The notes: generated by a model from the letters alone, not told the origin. 64,000 nucleotides of DNA from Gammaproteobacteria bacterium (GCA_963662545.2 CAXXLL010000003.1:1984001-2048000), one strand, 5' to 3'. Positions 50,239-61,681 are shown, counted from the first letter of the stretch. Made by a program: numbers and translations.

Positions 50239-51822
50239 ATGGCAGGTTCCGGCGCCAATGCGGCGATCGAAACCGCTTTGCGCTATCACGAAGCCACCAA
50301 GCACAGCGAAGCAAGCCTTCGCGGCGACGCGTTTAGCCTGGATTGGGCAAACCAGCCGCGACCGTTCAAGATCTATCGAGACCTCGAGTCGGTAACCCTG
50401 CCCGCGGATGCGCTATCTCCAGAGTCGGACGCGCCGCCGGCGCTGGAGACGCTGGCCGTGACGGCGGACGATATTCGGGCAGAAGGCACGCGCGAGTGCG
50501 TGCCAAACCTCGGGATCCTCGCACGAGTACTGCATCTAAGCGCGGGCATCACCAAGCGCAAGTCGACTGCGGGCGGTGATATGTATTTTCGCGCGTATCC
50601 GAATACGGGTGGCCTTTATCACATCGATGTCTATCTGGTTGCCGGGGATCTGCCGGATCTGCCGGCCGGGGTCTATCATTTCGGGCCGCACGACTTTTCC
50701 CTGCACCGCTTGCGTGCCGGCGATTATCGTGCGGTGCTGCTCGAAGCATCGGGCGACCACGCGCGTCTAGCATGCGCGCCGGTGATCGCGATCAGCGTCT
50801 CGACTTATTGGCGAAACGCCTGGAAGTACCGAACGCGTACCTATCGTCATTGCTTCTGGGATGCAGGAACGCTTCACGCGAACCTGATCGCGGTCGCCGG
50901 CGTCGAGGGGTTGTCGCCGATGACCGTGCTCGGCTTCGCCGATTCGACTGTTGCGCGGCTACTCGCGCTGGATCCCAAGCGCGAAGCGGCGCTAACCCTT
51001 ACAGCGCTAGGACACAGTACGTCCGCGGCACCCGCTGCGCCGCCGTTGTCCGAGCTTGCGCTCGAGACCCTGCCGCAATCAGGTTCCGAAATAGACTATC
51101 CGATGATCGGCGAGATGCACGTCGCTTCCTCGTTGTCGAGCGGGGCCGAGGCCGCCGCCTGGCGCGGCGGTATGCCGGCGCCGGAAGCCGACGCCGGCCA
51201 GGGTGAAGTGCATGCGCTCGAACCGACGCCGGCGGGCGACCTGCCCGCTCTTTCATTCGCCGAGCTCGTTCGAAAACGCGGCTCGACCCGTGTTTTCGAT
51301 CGCGCCCGCGCGGTCTCCTTCGAGGCATTGTCCACGGTCCTCGATCGCGCGACGCGGCCCATCCCGGCCGATATGCTCGAGCCGCCGGGGACGACGCTGC
51401 TCGAGCTGTACCTCATCGTGAATGCGGTAGACGGCATGCAGCCCGGCAGTTACTACTACCGGCGCCGCGAGGCTGCGCTCGAATTGCTGCAGGAAGGAAA
51501 CTTTCGCGACGCCGCGGGCCGGCTCGATCTCGGCCAGGACCTGGCGGCCGATGCGGCGGTAAATGTTTACACGCTGTGCGCGTTGCCCGCAATACTCGAA
51601 CGCTTCGGCAATCGGGGTTACCGGGCGGCACAGCTGGAGGGGGGGATCATCGGGGGCCGCCTGTACCTCGGCGCCTACGCACAGGGCTTCGGCGCCACCG
51701 GATTGACGTTCTTCGACGACGAAGTGATCGAGTTTTTTTCGCCGCACGCAAGCGGCAAAAGCGTTATGTTCCTGGTCGCGCTGGGCTATCCCGATCGTGT
51801 CGCACTCGGGCTCGGTCGCTGA
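50239..51822 (+). CDS. SagB/ThcOx-like tandem nitroreductase-domain protein
   Basis: YHEATKH, LDWANQP, RAYP..GGLY, WKYR.R.YR...WDAG, a second RRxS.R domain and TFFDDEV. Confidence 0.88.
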   Translation: MAGSGANAAIETALRYHEATKHSEASLRGDAFSLDWANQPRPFKIYRDLESVTLPADALSPESDAPPALETLAVTADDIRAEGTRECVPNLGILARVLHLSAGITKRKSTAGGDMYFRAYPNTGGLYHIDVYLVAGDLPDLPAGVYHFGPHDFSLHRLRAGDYRAVLLEASGDHARLACAPVIAISVSTYWRNAWKYRTRTYRHCFWDAGTLHANLIAVAGVEGLSPMTVLGFADSTVARLLALDPKREAALTLTALGHSTSAAPAAPPLSELALETLPQSGSEIDYPMIGEMHVASSLSSGAEAAAWRGGMPAPEADAGQGEVHALEPTPAGDLPALSFAELVRKRGSTRVFDRARAVSFEALSTVLDRATRPIPADMLEPPGTTLLELYLIVNAVDGMQPGSYYYRRREAALELLQEGNFRDAAGRLDLGQDLAADAAVNVYTLCALPAILERFGNRGYRAAQLEGGIIGGRLYLGAYAQGFGATGLTFFDDEVIEFFSPHASGKSVMFLVALGYPDRVALGLGR

Positions 51823-51864
51823 GGCCTAAGGGTAATTAGGAGTCGCTTTGCCGGCGACCACAAT

Positions 51865-53217
51865 TTATCTTCGCCGCCGTGTCGCGCTCAAGCGCGTGCC
51901 GTCGTGCGGCCCGATGGCGATGCCACGCCGCGCGGGTTTCGAGACCGCGCCGGCGGGCCGTTCCATTTTCAGTACGGAGAACAGAGTCGCCAGCACGACT
52001 TTCATTTCATAGAGTGCGAGGGCCTGGCCCAGACAGGCGCGGTTGCCGCCGCCGAAGGGGTTCCATTCGTGCGGCGCAAACTTGCGCTCGAGAAAGCGCT
52101 CGGGTCGGAACAGGCGCGGTTCGGGGTAGAGATCTTCGCGCATGTGCAGTACATGAATCGACGGGCACAATACGATGCCCGCGGGGAAAGTGAAGCCGCC
52201 GGTTGAAAAGCTGTCCTTTAGAACGCGCACCACGAAGGGAATGATGCTGCGGATCCGCAGGCTTTCGCGGATCGCGGCATCCAGGTATTCGAGCGAGGCC
52301 ATGTGCTCGGGTTTTGGCAGGTCTTTTCCGCAGACGTCTTCGAGCTCACTTTCAATGCGTTCGACGACATCGGCGCGCGGCAGGATCTGTTCGAACGCCC
52401 AGGAGAGCGACAGAGCGGTCGTGTCATGGCCGGCGGCGAGCACGGTCACGATGGCGTCGCGGAGTTCCAGATCGGTCATCGAGCTGCCGTCGTCGTAGCG
52501 CATGCCGAAGAGATCGGTCAACAGGCATGCCGGGCGTTGGTCCGGCGGCACCGCACGCTGTTGCGCGATCACTTTGTATAACAAGGAGTCGAACTTGCGC
52601 CGCATACGGTAGAACGGGAGCACCCGCGAATCCTGGTACTTGTCCAGCGGAAACAGGTTCCACATGAACAGCGCCAGCGGATGACGCACGTGGGCGAGCA
52701 AGCGCGCCATGGTTGTCTCCAGTTGTTCGAACTCCTCGAGCGGCTCCCTGCCGAGTGCCGCGCGCAGGATGACGCGCAGGGTCACGGTCTGCATCGCCTT
52801 GTCGGCGCGGACAATACCGGCATCGGCCCACTTGTCGGCGACAGCTAGCGCCTCAAGACGCATGGCATCGAAAAAAGTGCGCATGCGCTCGCCCTTGAGC
52901 GGCGGCAGCATGACCTTGCGCTGGCGCACGTGGGCTTCGTCGTCGAGGACGAGGACGGAGCTTGCGCCTACTACCGACGACAAAAGGGCATTGCCCTCGC
53001 CCGCGTGAAGTACGGCGGGGTCGCCGCGGAAGACCGCCCGGATATCATCCGGCCGCGTGAGCTGCACGAGCGTGCCGAAACCCGCGAGCCGGATGGTAAA
53101 AGTCTCGCCGTACTTCGCGCAGTCTTCCAGGTATTCGACAGGGGTGAAGGAATAACGCAAAAGCTGACGGAACGGGCTTTCGGGCGGGCCCGGCGGTAGG
53201 GTAATGGGAGTAGTCAT
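51865..53217 (-). CDS. Cytochrome P450
   Basis: AGHDTT, ESLR, PERF and FGGGNRACLG heme motif. Confidence 0.97.
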   Translation of the reverse strand: MTTPITLPPGPPESPFRQLLRYSFTPVEYLEDCAKYGETFTIRLAGFGTLVQLTRPDDIRAVFRGDPAVLHAGEGNALLSSVVGASSVLVLDDEAHVRQRKVMLPPLKGERMRTFFDAMRLEALAVADKWADAGIVRADKAMQTVTLRVILRAALGREPLEEFEQLETTMARLLAHVRHPLALFMWNLFPLDKYQDSRVLPFYRMRRKFDSLLYKVIAQQRAVPPDQRPACLLTDLFGMRYDDGSSMTDLELRDAIVTVLAAGHDTTALSLSWAFEQILPRADVVERIESELEDVCGKDLPKPEHMASLEYLDAAIRESLRIRSIIPFVVRVLKDSFSTGGFTFPAGIVLCPSIHVLHMREDLYPEPRLFRPERFLERKFAPHEWNPFGGGNRACLGQALALYEMKVVLATLFSVLKMERPAGAVSKPARRGIAIGPHDGTRLSATRRRR

Positions 53218-53382
53218 AGAATTAACTTGGACCCATCGCCAACGCCGGTCAAGGCAAAGTCTCGCCGTACTCGGTTAGAACAATCTTTTCCGCCCGTTCG
53301 GCGACGCCACTCGGCCGGCACGGATGCGTATACTTTCGACACCATCACTGCCGATGGAACCCGATGAGGCGCAGGTTTTCAT

Positions 53383-54342
53383 ATGCACATCACGATTGTC
53401 GGCGCGGGTGCGCTCGGCACCATCCTTGGCGCGCATCTCGGTGCGGCCGGTCATGACGTCACGATCGTGGCGCGCGGGCAACGCGGAAAGGACGTAAGGG
53501 AAAACGGTTTACGCGTTCGCGGCCTGATGGAGCTGGATTACCGTTGCCGCGTAGCCGAGCCCAATGCCACCGCCGCGACCGATCTGCTGATCTATGCGGT
53601 CAAGACCTACCACATGGCCGAAGCAACGGCCGCGCTGTCAACCGTGTCGCCAAAGGCCGTGTTCTCCGTCGCCAACGGGGTCATGAAAAACGAACAACTA
53701 GCGGCCGTCCATGGGGGTGATGTCGTACTTGGCTGCATGGCTAACTTGAGCGGCGAGCTGCTCGAATCGGGCGTGGTCGTGTTCACGCGCAACGTGCGCC
53801 TGTCCATTGGCAGCTTGGACCGTGGGGCGGAGCCAAGCGCGAACGCCATCGCCCGCATGATCGACGACGCCGGTATCCATACCGAGGCAGCGCCGAATAT
53901 CGAAACGGTCGAGTGGTCCAAGTTCGTCGGCTGGGTGGCGCTCTTCTCACTGTCACTGATGGCGCGGACAAACACGGGTGTCACCCTCGAGAATCCGCGC
54001 TTCGCGACGCTTGGCGTCCGGCTGATCCGTGAGATGGCCCGCATTGCGGCGGCGAGGAATATCGAGCTTGTCGATCAGTCGCCGGTTCCTGTCGCCGCGA
54101 TCGCGTCCGGGCTGGAGGCCGCGGCGATCGAACGACTGCGACAGATCGGTCGGGATCTCACGTTATCCGCCCCAGGCCACCGCATGTCTTCACTGCAGGA
54201 TCTCGAAGCGGGTCGCACTCTCGAAGTCGAAGAAACCCTGGGCTACGCGGTCGCGGAAGGGCGGCGCCTCGAGATCGCCGCGCCGGTGCTCGAGCTGTGC
54301 TACGAATTCGCTGCCGGGTTGAATAGCCTGCCGCGTTATTAA
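53383..54342 (+). CDS. panE: Ketopantoate reductase family protein
   Basis: GAGALG, AVK, NG, WSK and SSLQDLEAGR.LE motifs. Confidence 0.85.
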   Translation: MHITIVGAGALGTILGAHLGAAGHDVTIVARGQRGKDVRENGLRVRGLMELDYRCRVAEPNATAATDLLIYAVKTYHMAEATAALSTVSPKAVFSVANGVMKNEQLAAVHGGDVVLGCMANLSGELLESGVVVFTRNVRLSIGSLDRGAEPSANAIARMIDDAGIHTEAAPNIETVEWSKFVGWVALFSLSLMARTNTGVTLENPRFATLGVRLIREMARIAAARNIELVDQSPVPVAAIASGLEAAAIERLRQIGRDLTLSAPGHRMSSLQDLEAGRTLEVEETLGYAVAEGRRLEIAAPVLELCYEFAAGLNSLPRY

Positions 54343-54443
54343 CGTGGTCGTTAAGCGTTTCTTACATGATCGCATTGACAGTGCCACAATGCGGTCAAGC
54401 GGAAGCACATTCGCCGGTTCATACGGTCGAGGAGAACTGAACC

Positions 54444-56237
54444 ATGCCCAGCTACCAGGCCCCCGTCGCCGATACCGAATTCATTTTGAACGAGGTGATC
54501 CGCCTTTCGGATTACGCTCACCTACCCGGTTTTGACGAGGCGACGCCCGACCTGGTCTCGGCGATTCTCACCGAGGGCGCGAAGTTCGTGGAAGAAGTGC
54601 TGCAACCCTTGAACCAGATTGGCGACGAAGTCGGCTGCACGCGCAACGACGATGGTAGCGTGACCACACCCGCGGGCTTCAAGCAAGCCTACGACCAATT
54701 TTGCGAGGGCGGCTGGCAGAGTTTGTCGCTCGATACTGAATTCGGCGGCCAGGGTCTGCCGCATGTGATCGGCAACGCGTTCGAGGAATACCTGATTTCG
54801 GCGAATATGGCCTTTGCCATGTATGGGGGGCTGACCTTGGGGGCGATGGGCGCGATCAAAGCCGTGGGGTCACCAGAGCAAAAGAGCACCTACCTGCCCA
54901 AGATGGCGACCGGCAAGTGGTCCGGCACCATGAACCTGACCGAGTCGCATTGCGGGACCGATCTGGGCCTGCTGCGCACACGCGCCGAACCGCAAGCGGA
55001 CGGCAGCTTTCTTATCACGGGGACCAAGATATTCATCTCTGCAGGCGAGCACGACTTGAGCGAGAACATCATCCACCTGGTGCTCGCGAAGATGTCCGAC
55101 TCGCCGGATACCATGCGGGGGATTTCGCTGTTTATCGTACCTAAGTTTCTCATCAACGAAGACGGCAGCGTCGGTGATCGCAATGCCGTTACCTGTGGTT
55201 CGATCGAAGAGAAGATGGGGATCCACGGCAATTCGACCTGCGTGCTGAATTACGACGGCGCGGTAGGCTATCTCATCGGCGAAAAAGAAAAGGGCATGCG
55301 TGCGATGTTCATCATGATGAACTCAGCGCGCCTGGGCGTTGGGCTGCAGGGTTTGTCCATCTCGGAGGTGGCGACCCAGAACGCGGCCATTTACGCGCGC
55401 GATCGCATTCAGGGTCGCGCCTTGACGGGACCCAAGAATAGCGACGACAAGGCCGATCCCATCATCGTGCATCCAGACGTGCGGCGCATGCTGATGAACG
55501 CCCGGGCGTTTAACGAAGGCGCTCGGGCGTTGGCGTTGTGGGGCGCACTGTTGGTCGATTTGGCGCATAAGGCCGAGACTGTCGAAGCGCGTCAGGAAGC
55601 CGACGACGTAGTCGGCCTCCTGACGCCCGTGATCAAGGGCTACTTCACGGACAAGGGCTACGAAAACGCGACCAACGCCCAGCAATGCTTCGGCGGCCAC
55701 GGGTATATCCGCGAGTGGGGGATGGAGCAGTTCGTGCGCGACGCGCGCATCGCGATGATCTACGAAGGCACAAACGGTATTCAGGCGCTCGACCTGGTCG
55801 GCCGCAAGCTCGCGCGCAACGGAGGCCGCGCGCTGCGTACGTACACCAAGCACCTCGGCGATTTCATCAATGAGCATCAGGACGACGAGGTACTCGGCCC
55901 GATGGTTGCCGGACTCAAGCTTGCGCTAGAAGACCTGCAGGGCGCGACGACCTGGTTCATGAAGAACGCCATGACGAAGCCCGATAACGCCGGAGCCGGC
56001 TCCGTGCCCTATTTGCATCTGATGGGCCTGGTCGCGTTCGGTCACATGTGGTGTTGGATGGCTAAGGCGGCCGTTGCGGGACTGGCCAGCGGCGAAGACG
56101 ACAGTACGTTCTACGAAAACAAACTCACGACCGCGCGCTATTTCTTTTCGCACATGCTGCCCGAGACTTCGGTGCACCGGGCGCGCGTGGAAGCGGGTGC
56201 GGACAACATCAGGTCGCTGGCCGCGGAGGCGTTTTAG
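54444..56237 (+). CDS. Acyl-CoA dehydrogenase (~600-aa DmdC-like group)
   Basis: [33 protein letters not shown] and [12 protein letters not shown] motifs. Confidence 0.93.
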   Translation: MPSYQAPVADTEFILNEVIRLSDYAHLPGFDEATPDLVSAILTEGAKFVEEVLQPLNQIGDEVGCTRNDDGSVTTPAGFKQAYDQFCEGGWQSLSLDTEFGGQGLPHVIGNAFEEYLISANMAFAMYGGLTLGAMGAIKAVGSPEQKSTYLPKMATGKWSGTMNLTESHCGTDLGLLRTRAEPQADGSFLITGTKIFISAGEHDLSENIIHLVLAKMSDSPDTMRGISLFIVPKFLINEDGSVGDRNAVTCGSIEEKMGIHGNSTCVLNYDGAVGYLIGEKEKGMRAMFIMMNSARLGVGLQGLSISEVATQNAAIYARDRIQGRALTGPKNSDDKADPIIVHPDVRRMLMNARAFNEGARALALWGALLVDLAHKAETVEARQEADDVVGLLTPVIKGYFTDKGYENATNAQQCFGGHGYIREWGMEQFVRDARIAMIYEGTNGIQALDLVGRKLARNGGRALRTYTKHLGDFINEHQDDEVLGPMVAGLKLALEDLQGATTWFMKNAMTKPDNAGAGSVPYLHLMGLVAFGHMWCWMAKAAVAGLASGEDDSTFYENKLTTARYFFSHMLPETSVHRARVEAGADNIRSLAAEAF

Positions 56238-56264
56238 ACCTCGAATATGGGATGATGCAGGAGC

Positions 56265-56318
56265 TAAATCCTATTTCAAAATTATTCGCGTACGTGAATA
56301 ATTTTGAGATGGGTTCTA
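56265..56318. repeat. Palindrome of two abutted IS-like ends (minimal MITE)
   Basis: TAAATCCTATTTCAAAATTATTC-gcgtacgt-GAATAATTTTGAGATGGGTTCTA. Confidence 0.6.
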
Positions 56319-56343
56319 ACTAAATCATAAGGAGAGCGGGAAC

Positions 56344-58032
56344 ATGGCAACCGTCGATGGCGGCGTTTTGATAGGCCGGATTCTAAAAGAGCAAAACATC
56401 AAGTACCTGTTTTCCGTGAATGGAGGACACATCTTTCCGATCCTCGCGAATATCCGCGAGAACGACGTGAAGCTCATCCACATGCGCCACGAGCAGTCGA
56501 CGGCCTATGCCGCGGATGCGTATGCGCGCGTAACGGGAACGCCCGGCGTGTGTGCGGTCACCGCGGGCTGCGGACTCACCAATGCCGTCACGGGCCTGTG
56601 TTGTGCGGGCTTGACGAACAGCTCGGTGGTCTGTCTTTCCGGCCAGCATCCAACCACCGAGGACTTAATCGGTTCATTTCAGGAGGCCTATGGATCCGAG
56701 GTCTTGGGATCGTTCGCGAAATTCACGAAGCGGGTGCTCGACTGGTCGACCATCGAGGTCGATCTACGCCAGGCTTTCCGTGAAGCGAAAAATCCTCCGC
56801 AGGGGGTCTCGCTGCTCGAGATCCCGACCAACATTCTTTATCAGTCCGGGGAAGAGGAAAAACAGCGGCCGGGGGCGAAGATTTACGAGCCGGACGCACT
56901 GCGTTCACAGGGTGATCCGCGCAGCATCGAGCGGGCTGTCGAGCTCTTGTTCAAGGCAGAGCGTCCGCTGATCGCGGGCGGCGACGGCATCTTCTGGTCT
57001 GACGCGGCGGCCGAACTCAAGGAACTCGCGGAACTCACCCACACCCCGGTCTATTGCCGGCGCGCAGGGCAGGGCGCCTTGGATGAAGCGCATGCGCTCG
57101 CCGTCCGAGGTGCTTGGAAGAAGCCCTTTACGGGACAGGCCGACCTCGTGCTCGCCATTGGTTTCCGCTTCTGGAGCGGCGAGAAATTCGGGCAGCCGCC
57201 CACCTGGACAGACAAGGCGACTTACATCCAGGTTGACACCGATCCGCATCGGGTCGGCTGGCATGTTCCGGCTGAGATCGGCATCGTCGGCGATCCCAAA
57301 CTCGTGCTGCGCCAGTTCATCGACAAGATCAAGGAGATGAAGCTCGACTTTGATTCGAAGGGCGAGAGCCCGTGGATGAAGCAGATGGCGGAAGTGCGCC
57401 AGAATTACGAAAAGATGATCGCCGAGCGAGCACAGAAAACCCACGACGAAGTTCCCATCCATCCGGATCGGCTGACCAAGGATCTCATTTCGGTGATCGA
57501 CGACGACGCCACCCTGGTCGTCGACAGCTTTACCTTGAGCGGTTACACCAGCCAGTGGTTCACCGCCCACCGCATGGGTCAGATCGTCGACGCCGGGCCG
57601 CTCGCACCCGTCGGGCATGGTGTCGGCATGGGCATCGGCGTGCAGTTGGCGCGCCCGGGCAAGCAGGTCGTGGTGGTTTCGGGTGACGGCGGCCTCGGCA
57701 TCGGGGGCATGGATCTCGAGACCGCGGCCAAGTATGAGCTGCCGATGGTGACGCTGTTGTGGAACAACAGCTCCTGGGGCCCGGGTTTCGAAGCCATGCC
57801 GCTCTTAAAAGGGCGCACGGATCCTTTCGATATGATTTCCGACATTCGCTACGACAAGGTGTTCGAGCCCATGGGTCTATATACGGAACACGTGGAGACG
57901 CCGGATCAGATCATACCCGCGCTGGAGCGGGCGTTTGCGTCAGGCAAAACCTCACTGATCAACGTCGTCGGCGACAAGCGCTACGGTCATCCGTCGCTCG
58001 GCGGCAACCTGCTGGGCTCGACGCAGTTGTAA
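56344..58032 (+). CDS. Thiamine diphosphate-dependent enzyme (acetolactate synthase / 2-hydroxyacyl-CoA lyase-like)
   Basis: GGHI, RHEQ and GDGG...NN motifs. Confidence 0.92.
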   Translation: MATVDGGVLIGRILKEQNIKYLFSVNGGHIFPILANIRENDVKLIHMRHEQSTAYAADAYARVTGTPGVCAVTAGCGLTNAVTGLCCAGLTNSSVVCLSGQHPTTEDLIGSFQEAYGSEVLGSFAKFTKRVLDWSTIEVDLRQAFREAKNPPQGVSLLEIPTNILYQSGEEEKQRPGAKIYEPDALRSQGDPRSIERAVELLFKAERPLIAGGDGIFWSDAAAELKELAELTHTPVYCRRAGQGALDEAHALAVRGAWKKPFTGQADLVLAIGFRFWSGEKFGQPPTWTDKATYIQVDTDPHRVGWHVPAEIGIVGDPKLVLRQFIDKIKEMKLDFDSKGESPWMKQMAEVRQNYEKMIAERAQKTHDEVPIHPDRLTKDLISVIDDDATLVVDSFTLSGYTSQWFTAHRMGQIVDAGPLAPVGHGVGMGIGVQLARPGKQVVVVSGDGGLGIGGMDLETAAKYELPMVTLLWNNSSWGPGFEAMPLLKGRTDPFDMISDIRYDKVFEPMGLYTEHVETPDQIIPALERAFASGKTSLINVVGDKRYGHPSLGGNLLGSTQL

Positions 58033-58061
58033 GCGTCAGCGGCGCAGAAGGAACGCGATAA

Positions 58062-58440
58062 TCAGAAAGTGATCTGAATCTCGCCGCGCACGGCGAAAGG
58101 CGCCCCCGGTGTCAAGCGCAGCGCGTCCGATTGGCTGCCCTGGATGAAGGATTCGTCGGTGAGATTCTCGAACCGCATCTGAAATTCGAGATGCCGAGAG
58201 TACTCCCATTGGACGAAGGCATCGGCGCGCACGTAGTCGTCGAGGCGGAGGGCGAGTTCGTCGGGGTTGAGACTCGCCTGCCGTCCGCCAACATAGTTGA
58301 CCGCCAGGCCAAGCTTGAGGTCTTGTGGACGCCGCAACGATGCAGTGTACGTCGTCAGCAGGCCGCCTTGATGACGCGGGGCATTCAGCGCGCGCGTGCC
58401 ATCCGGGATGAAGGGGTCGTTAGTGATCTCGGTGTCGTTT
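58062..58440 (-). pseudogene. C-terminal fragment of a TonB-dependent receptor
   Basis: N.PRH...LGLAVNYVG.R...Y...D...ENLTD...PGAP....I..F with a terminal Phe; no N-terminus. Confidence 0.75.
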
Positions 58441-58474
58441 AGAATTCAATCGTTATGGTCATAGTTTTACACCG

Positions 58475-60070
58475 ATGAAAGATCTCGACACCATTGTCGT
58501 TGGCGCCGGCTTTACCGGCCTTTATGCACTCTACCGACTGCGCGAAAACGGTCTCGAGGTTCGCGCGTTCGAAGCGGGAGAGGGCGTTGGTGGCACCTGG
58601 TACTGGAACCGCTATCCCGGCGCGCGTACCGACTCGCCCAGCTACATGTACCAGTTCTGGTTTTCTGACGACCTGTTACGGGAGTGGGACTGGAGCGAAC
58701 GGTTCCCGGCACAAGAAGAAACCGAACGGTATCTCAACTTCGTCGCCGACAAGTTCGATCTGCGAAAAGACATTCAGTTTAATACGCGAGTCGTTGCGGC
58801 GGCCTTCGATGAGACGGCCGGCCGCTGGACTATCACCACCGCAGACGGTGAGCAGTGCTCGGCGAAATTTTTGGTGATGGGTACCGGGGTGTTGACCAAG
58901 ATTGCCTTGCCGGAGATACCCGGGCGCGATGATTTCGGAGGCGTTTCGTACCACACGGCAGCCTGGCCGAAAGCGCCGGTCGACTTCAGCGGCAAACGCG
59001 TAGGTGTATTCGGCACGGGTGCAACGGGGATTCAGGTGATCCAGACGATCGCAAGTGAGGTTGGTCACCTCACCGTATTTCAGCGAACGCCGACCTACAC
59101 CATACCGATTCGCAACCCAAAATATGATGACGCCGAGCGCGAAAAGCTGCGCGCCCGCTACCCTGAACTCAAACAGCGCGTGCACGAGACGTTTGCGGGC
59201 TTCGATTTCACGTTTGATCCGCGGAGTATTTTCGAGGTCTCAGAGAAAGAACGGCGGAAGGTGATGGAGGCGTTGTGGGAGGACGGTTCCTTGAGCTTTT
59301 GGGTCGGGTCTTTCGCCGATGTTCTGACGGATCAGGCCGCCAATGACATCTTCTCCGAATTCGTGCGGGAAAAGATCCGCGCCCGCATTAACGATCCGGA
59401 AGTGGCTCGTAGGCTGCTCCCGACGGGATACAGCTTTGGTACCCGCCGCGTGCCCCTGGAGAATCATTACTACGAAGCCTTCAATCGTGCCAATGTGACA
59501 TTGGTGGACTTGCGTGAGACAGCCATCGAAAAAATCACTCCGCATGGCGTAACAACGACCGCCGGCGAACATGAGCTCGACATCCTGGTCTACGCGACCG
59601 GCTTCGACGCCGCCACCGGTGCGCTGACGCAAATAGACATCTTTGGGCGCGACGGCAAGATCCTTCGGGACGTGTGGGCCGAAGACATCCGCAGTTTCAT
59701 GGGCCTGCAGGTTCATGGTTACCCGAATATGTTCATGGTCAATGGACCTTTGTCACCGGCCGCGGCTTTCTGCAACGTTCCGACCTGCATTCAGCAACAA
59801 GTCGACTGGATTTCGGACTGCATTGCGTACGTCCGGCAGCAAAAGCATCAATCGATCGAGCCCAGCGCCGAGGCGGAAGCACAATGGGTCGAACACAGCG
59901 ATGAACTGGCCAATCAAACGCTCTTTCCCACGACCAATTCGTGGTACATGGGCGCCAATATCGAGGGTAAAAACCGCCGGCTGCTGGCGTACGTCGGCGG
60001 CGTTAATGTGTACCGCGGGCTTTGCGACGAAGTCAAAGCCAATAAATACGAGGCGTTCGAACTCGTTTAA
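58475..60070 (+). CDS. Baeyer-Villiger monooxygenase
   Basis: GAGFTG, GGTWYWNRYPG, FGGVSYHTAAWP fingerprint and GTGATG. Confidence 0.95.
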   Translation: MKDLDTIVVGAGFTGLYALYRLRENGLEVRAFEAGEGVGGTWYWNRYPGARTDSPSYMYQFWFSDDLLREWDWSERFPAQEETERYLNFVADKFDLRKDIQFNTRVVAAAFDETAGRWTITTADGEQCSAKFLVMGTGVLTKIALPEIPGRDDFGGVSYHTAAWPKAPVDFSGKRVGVFGTGATGIQVIQTIASEVGHLTVFQRTPTYTIPIRNPKYDDAEREKLRARYPELKQRVHETFAGFDFTFDPRSIFEVSEKERRKVMEALWEDGSLSFWVGSFADVLTDQAANDIFSEFVREKIRARINDPEVARRLLPTGYSFGTRRVPLENHYYEAFNRANVTLVDLRETAIEKITPHGVTTTAGEHELDILVYATGFDAATGALTQIDIFGRDGKILRDVWAEDIRSFMGLQVHGYPNMFMVNGPLSPAAAFCNVPTCIQQQVDWISDCIAYVRQQKHQSIEPSAEAEAQWVEHSDELANQTLFPTTNSWYMGANIEGKNRRLLAYVGGVNVYRGLCDEVKANKYEAFELV

Positions 60071-60159
60071 TTGAAAAACTAGAAGGTTTGCCTGCCAGGG
60101 TGCGTGGGCCCCAGGCAACCATCCCTTTTGAACGTCTTCGGCTCGCAGCGCGCCCGAGA

Positions 60160-60344
60160 CTAGCGCGCCCGCCGACGCTCGTGTGTGGGTACGAGCCGAT
60201 CAACGATCCCAACGGCCGCATCGGCCTTGGCTGCGAAAGAATCGTCGACCAATCGCCCGCCGCGTTTTTGGATCTCGCCGTCGATGATCACGGTGTCGAC
60301 ATCCTCGGCAGTTGCGGGCAGCACGATCGACGTCACCGGATCGA
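60160..60344 (-). pseudogene. C-terminal remnant of a metal-dependent amidohydrolase
   Basis: DPVTSIV..A...DVDTVIIDG..KRGG.LV, cut at the oriIS copy. Confidence 0.6.
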
Positions 60345-60501
60345 AGGTATAAGCCGAATAAACGCCCTTTTCCGCAAATCCGTCGAGTACCGCCAGGTCA
60401 TCCAACAGTCGTCAACCTGCGCTTCGAGGCGGTGTTGGCCGGAATTGCGCCTCGGAGTCAGCAGGAATCCCGCATTTCAGGGCGATTTTCGAGGTGTTCC
60501 G
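60345..60501 (-). mobile_element. Second copy of the IS91/ISCR oriIS end
   Basis: 157 bp with 5 mismatches to 62274-62430; ends GGGCGTTTATTCGGCTTATAC on the - strand. Confidence 0.85.
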
Positions 60502-60616
60502 GCGTCGATATAGCCCATGTCCCCTTTATCGAAACCTGCCTCCGTCCGGCTCTTGATCTAGACCGCTTGTACATTGATTTTAATCCGCTCACGCAGCGAT
60601 TATTCTTTAACTCAAC

Positions 60617-61681
60617 TTAATTGGTTAATGGTTGAGAATTGTCTTTCTGAACAACTCCCACCTCTCCTCTCCAGCCACTTGTTCTTAGCCATGTTTCAAA
60701 CGTGCTGAGATCTGGATGGAGGTCGCGCAGCATGTTTATATCGCGAGAAAGACCAAAACGTTCAATGAAACTGAACATATTCGATAGCGCCGGGGTCTCA
60801 GGTTGATTTATCGCTTTGTATTCTGACAGTGTGTAGGGCTCAAATACCGCGTCTATGCCGGTTACACTTTGGAAGATCTTGCCAATCTCTTGAATGGGTA
60901 GAGAATCTGAAATAATCCGCAATGTCCGCCCTCTCCACTGCTGTTCGTGGTTGAGAATTTGTGCTGCAAACCACCCAATATCGTTGAGGGTCACCATCGG
61001 CCATAGAGCCGAGCCGATAGGTACCCTAAGTAATAGGCGTGGCTTATCTCGTACGACTTCAAGGCGAACCGCTGCTCTATCCCCGCCACCTCGAAACATT
61101 CGGCCAGCTTTAAAATTTTCCATATAAGGCGCCGTCACAAATATCGTTACATGCTCGGCATACCATCTAACCGACTGCCTCTGCTCATTTATAAATTGCT
61201 CTACGCGCGCTTTAGCGTCGAAGTGAGGAGCCGGGAATAATCCACCGGAAGGGCTATCCGTAGCATCCAGTGAGCTGAAGACGAAATGTTCAACACCTTC
61301 TTGACGCGCGAGTTCCAATATCAGCTTTCCCTGTTGTACGTCGGTGTCCTCAGCCATTCGATAAAGCGGCCAAGGATCCGTGCCCAGCTTGCCGTGATGT
61401 GCCCAAACATCTTGAAGGCATGACCAAAAGTTTGTATTGCAAAAGATCGAATGCGCACCACCAATAGCAGCTCTGAGGCTTGCTTCGTTGTCAACATTGC
61501 CCTTTTCGAGCTTCACCTTGCCGCGCCCCAACTTTTGCAATTTGCGACACTCGCTACCTGATGGGTTGCGCGTAAAAATACGTATTTGCTTAAACGTATT
61601 TTTTGATTTCAGCAGGTTCTTGATTACGTGCTGGCCCATTGCTCCCGAGCCGCCGATAACAAGCAGTGTTCGCTCAATCAA
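60617..61681 (-). CDS. NmrA/HSCARG family NAD(P)-binding protein
   Basis: GGSGAMG, QGK, HFVFSS, HFDAK, YMENF and DIG motifs; low GC. Confidence 0.88.
   Translation of the reverse strand: MIERTLLVIGGSGAMGQHVIKNLLKSKNTFKQIRIFTRNPSGSECRKLQKLGRGKVKLEKGNVDNEASLRAAIGGAHSIFCNTNFWSCLQDVWAHHGKLGTDPWPLYRMAEDTDVQQGKLILELARQEGVEHFVFSSLDATDSPSGGLFPAPHFDAKARVEQFINEQRQSVRWYAEHVTIFVTAPYMENFKAGRMFRGGGDRAAVRLEVVRDKPRLLLRVPIGSALWPMVTLNDIGWFAAQILNHEQQWRGRTLRIISDSLPIQEIGKIFQSVTGIDAVFEPYTLSEYKAINQPETPALSNMFSFIERFGLSRDINMLRDLHPDLSTFETWLRTSGWRGEVGVVQKDNSQPLTN

Noticed and set aside
49553-53217. RiPP/azole biosynthetic cluster (SagB-like protein, 2OG oxygenase, P450)
   Set aside because: No YcaO, precursor peptide or exporter. 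Stand-alone tandem nitroreductase proteins are common and the P450 is convergent.
54444-58032. DMSP demethylation (dmd) cluster
   Set aside because: Only a DmdC-like acyl-CoA dehydrogenase is present, the family is broad, and no dmdA, dmdB or dmdD is adjacent.
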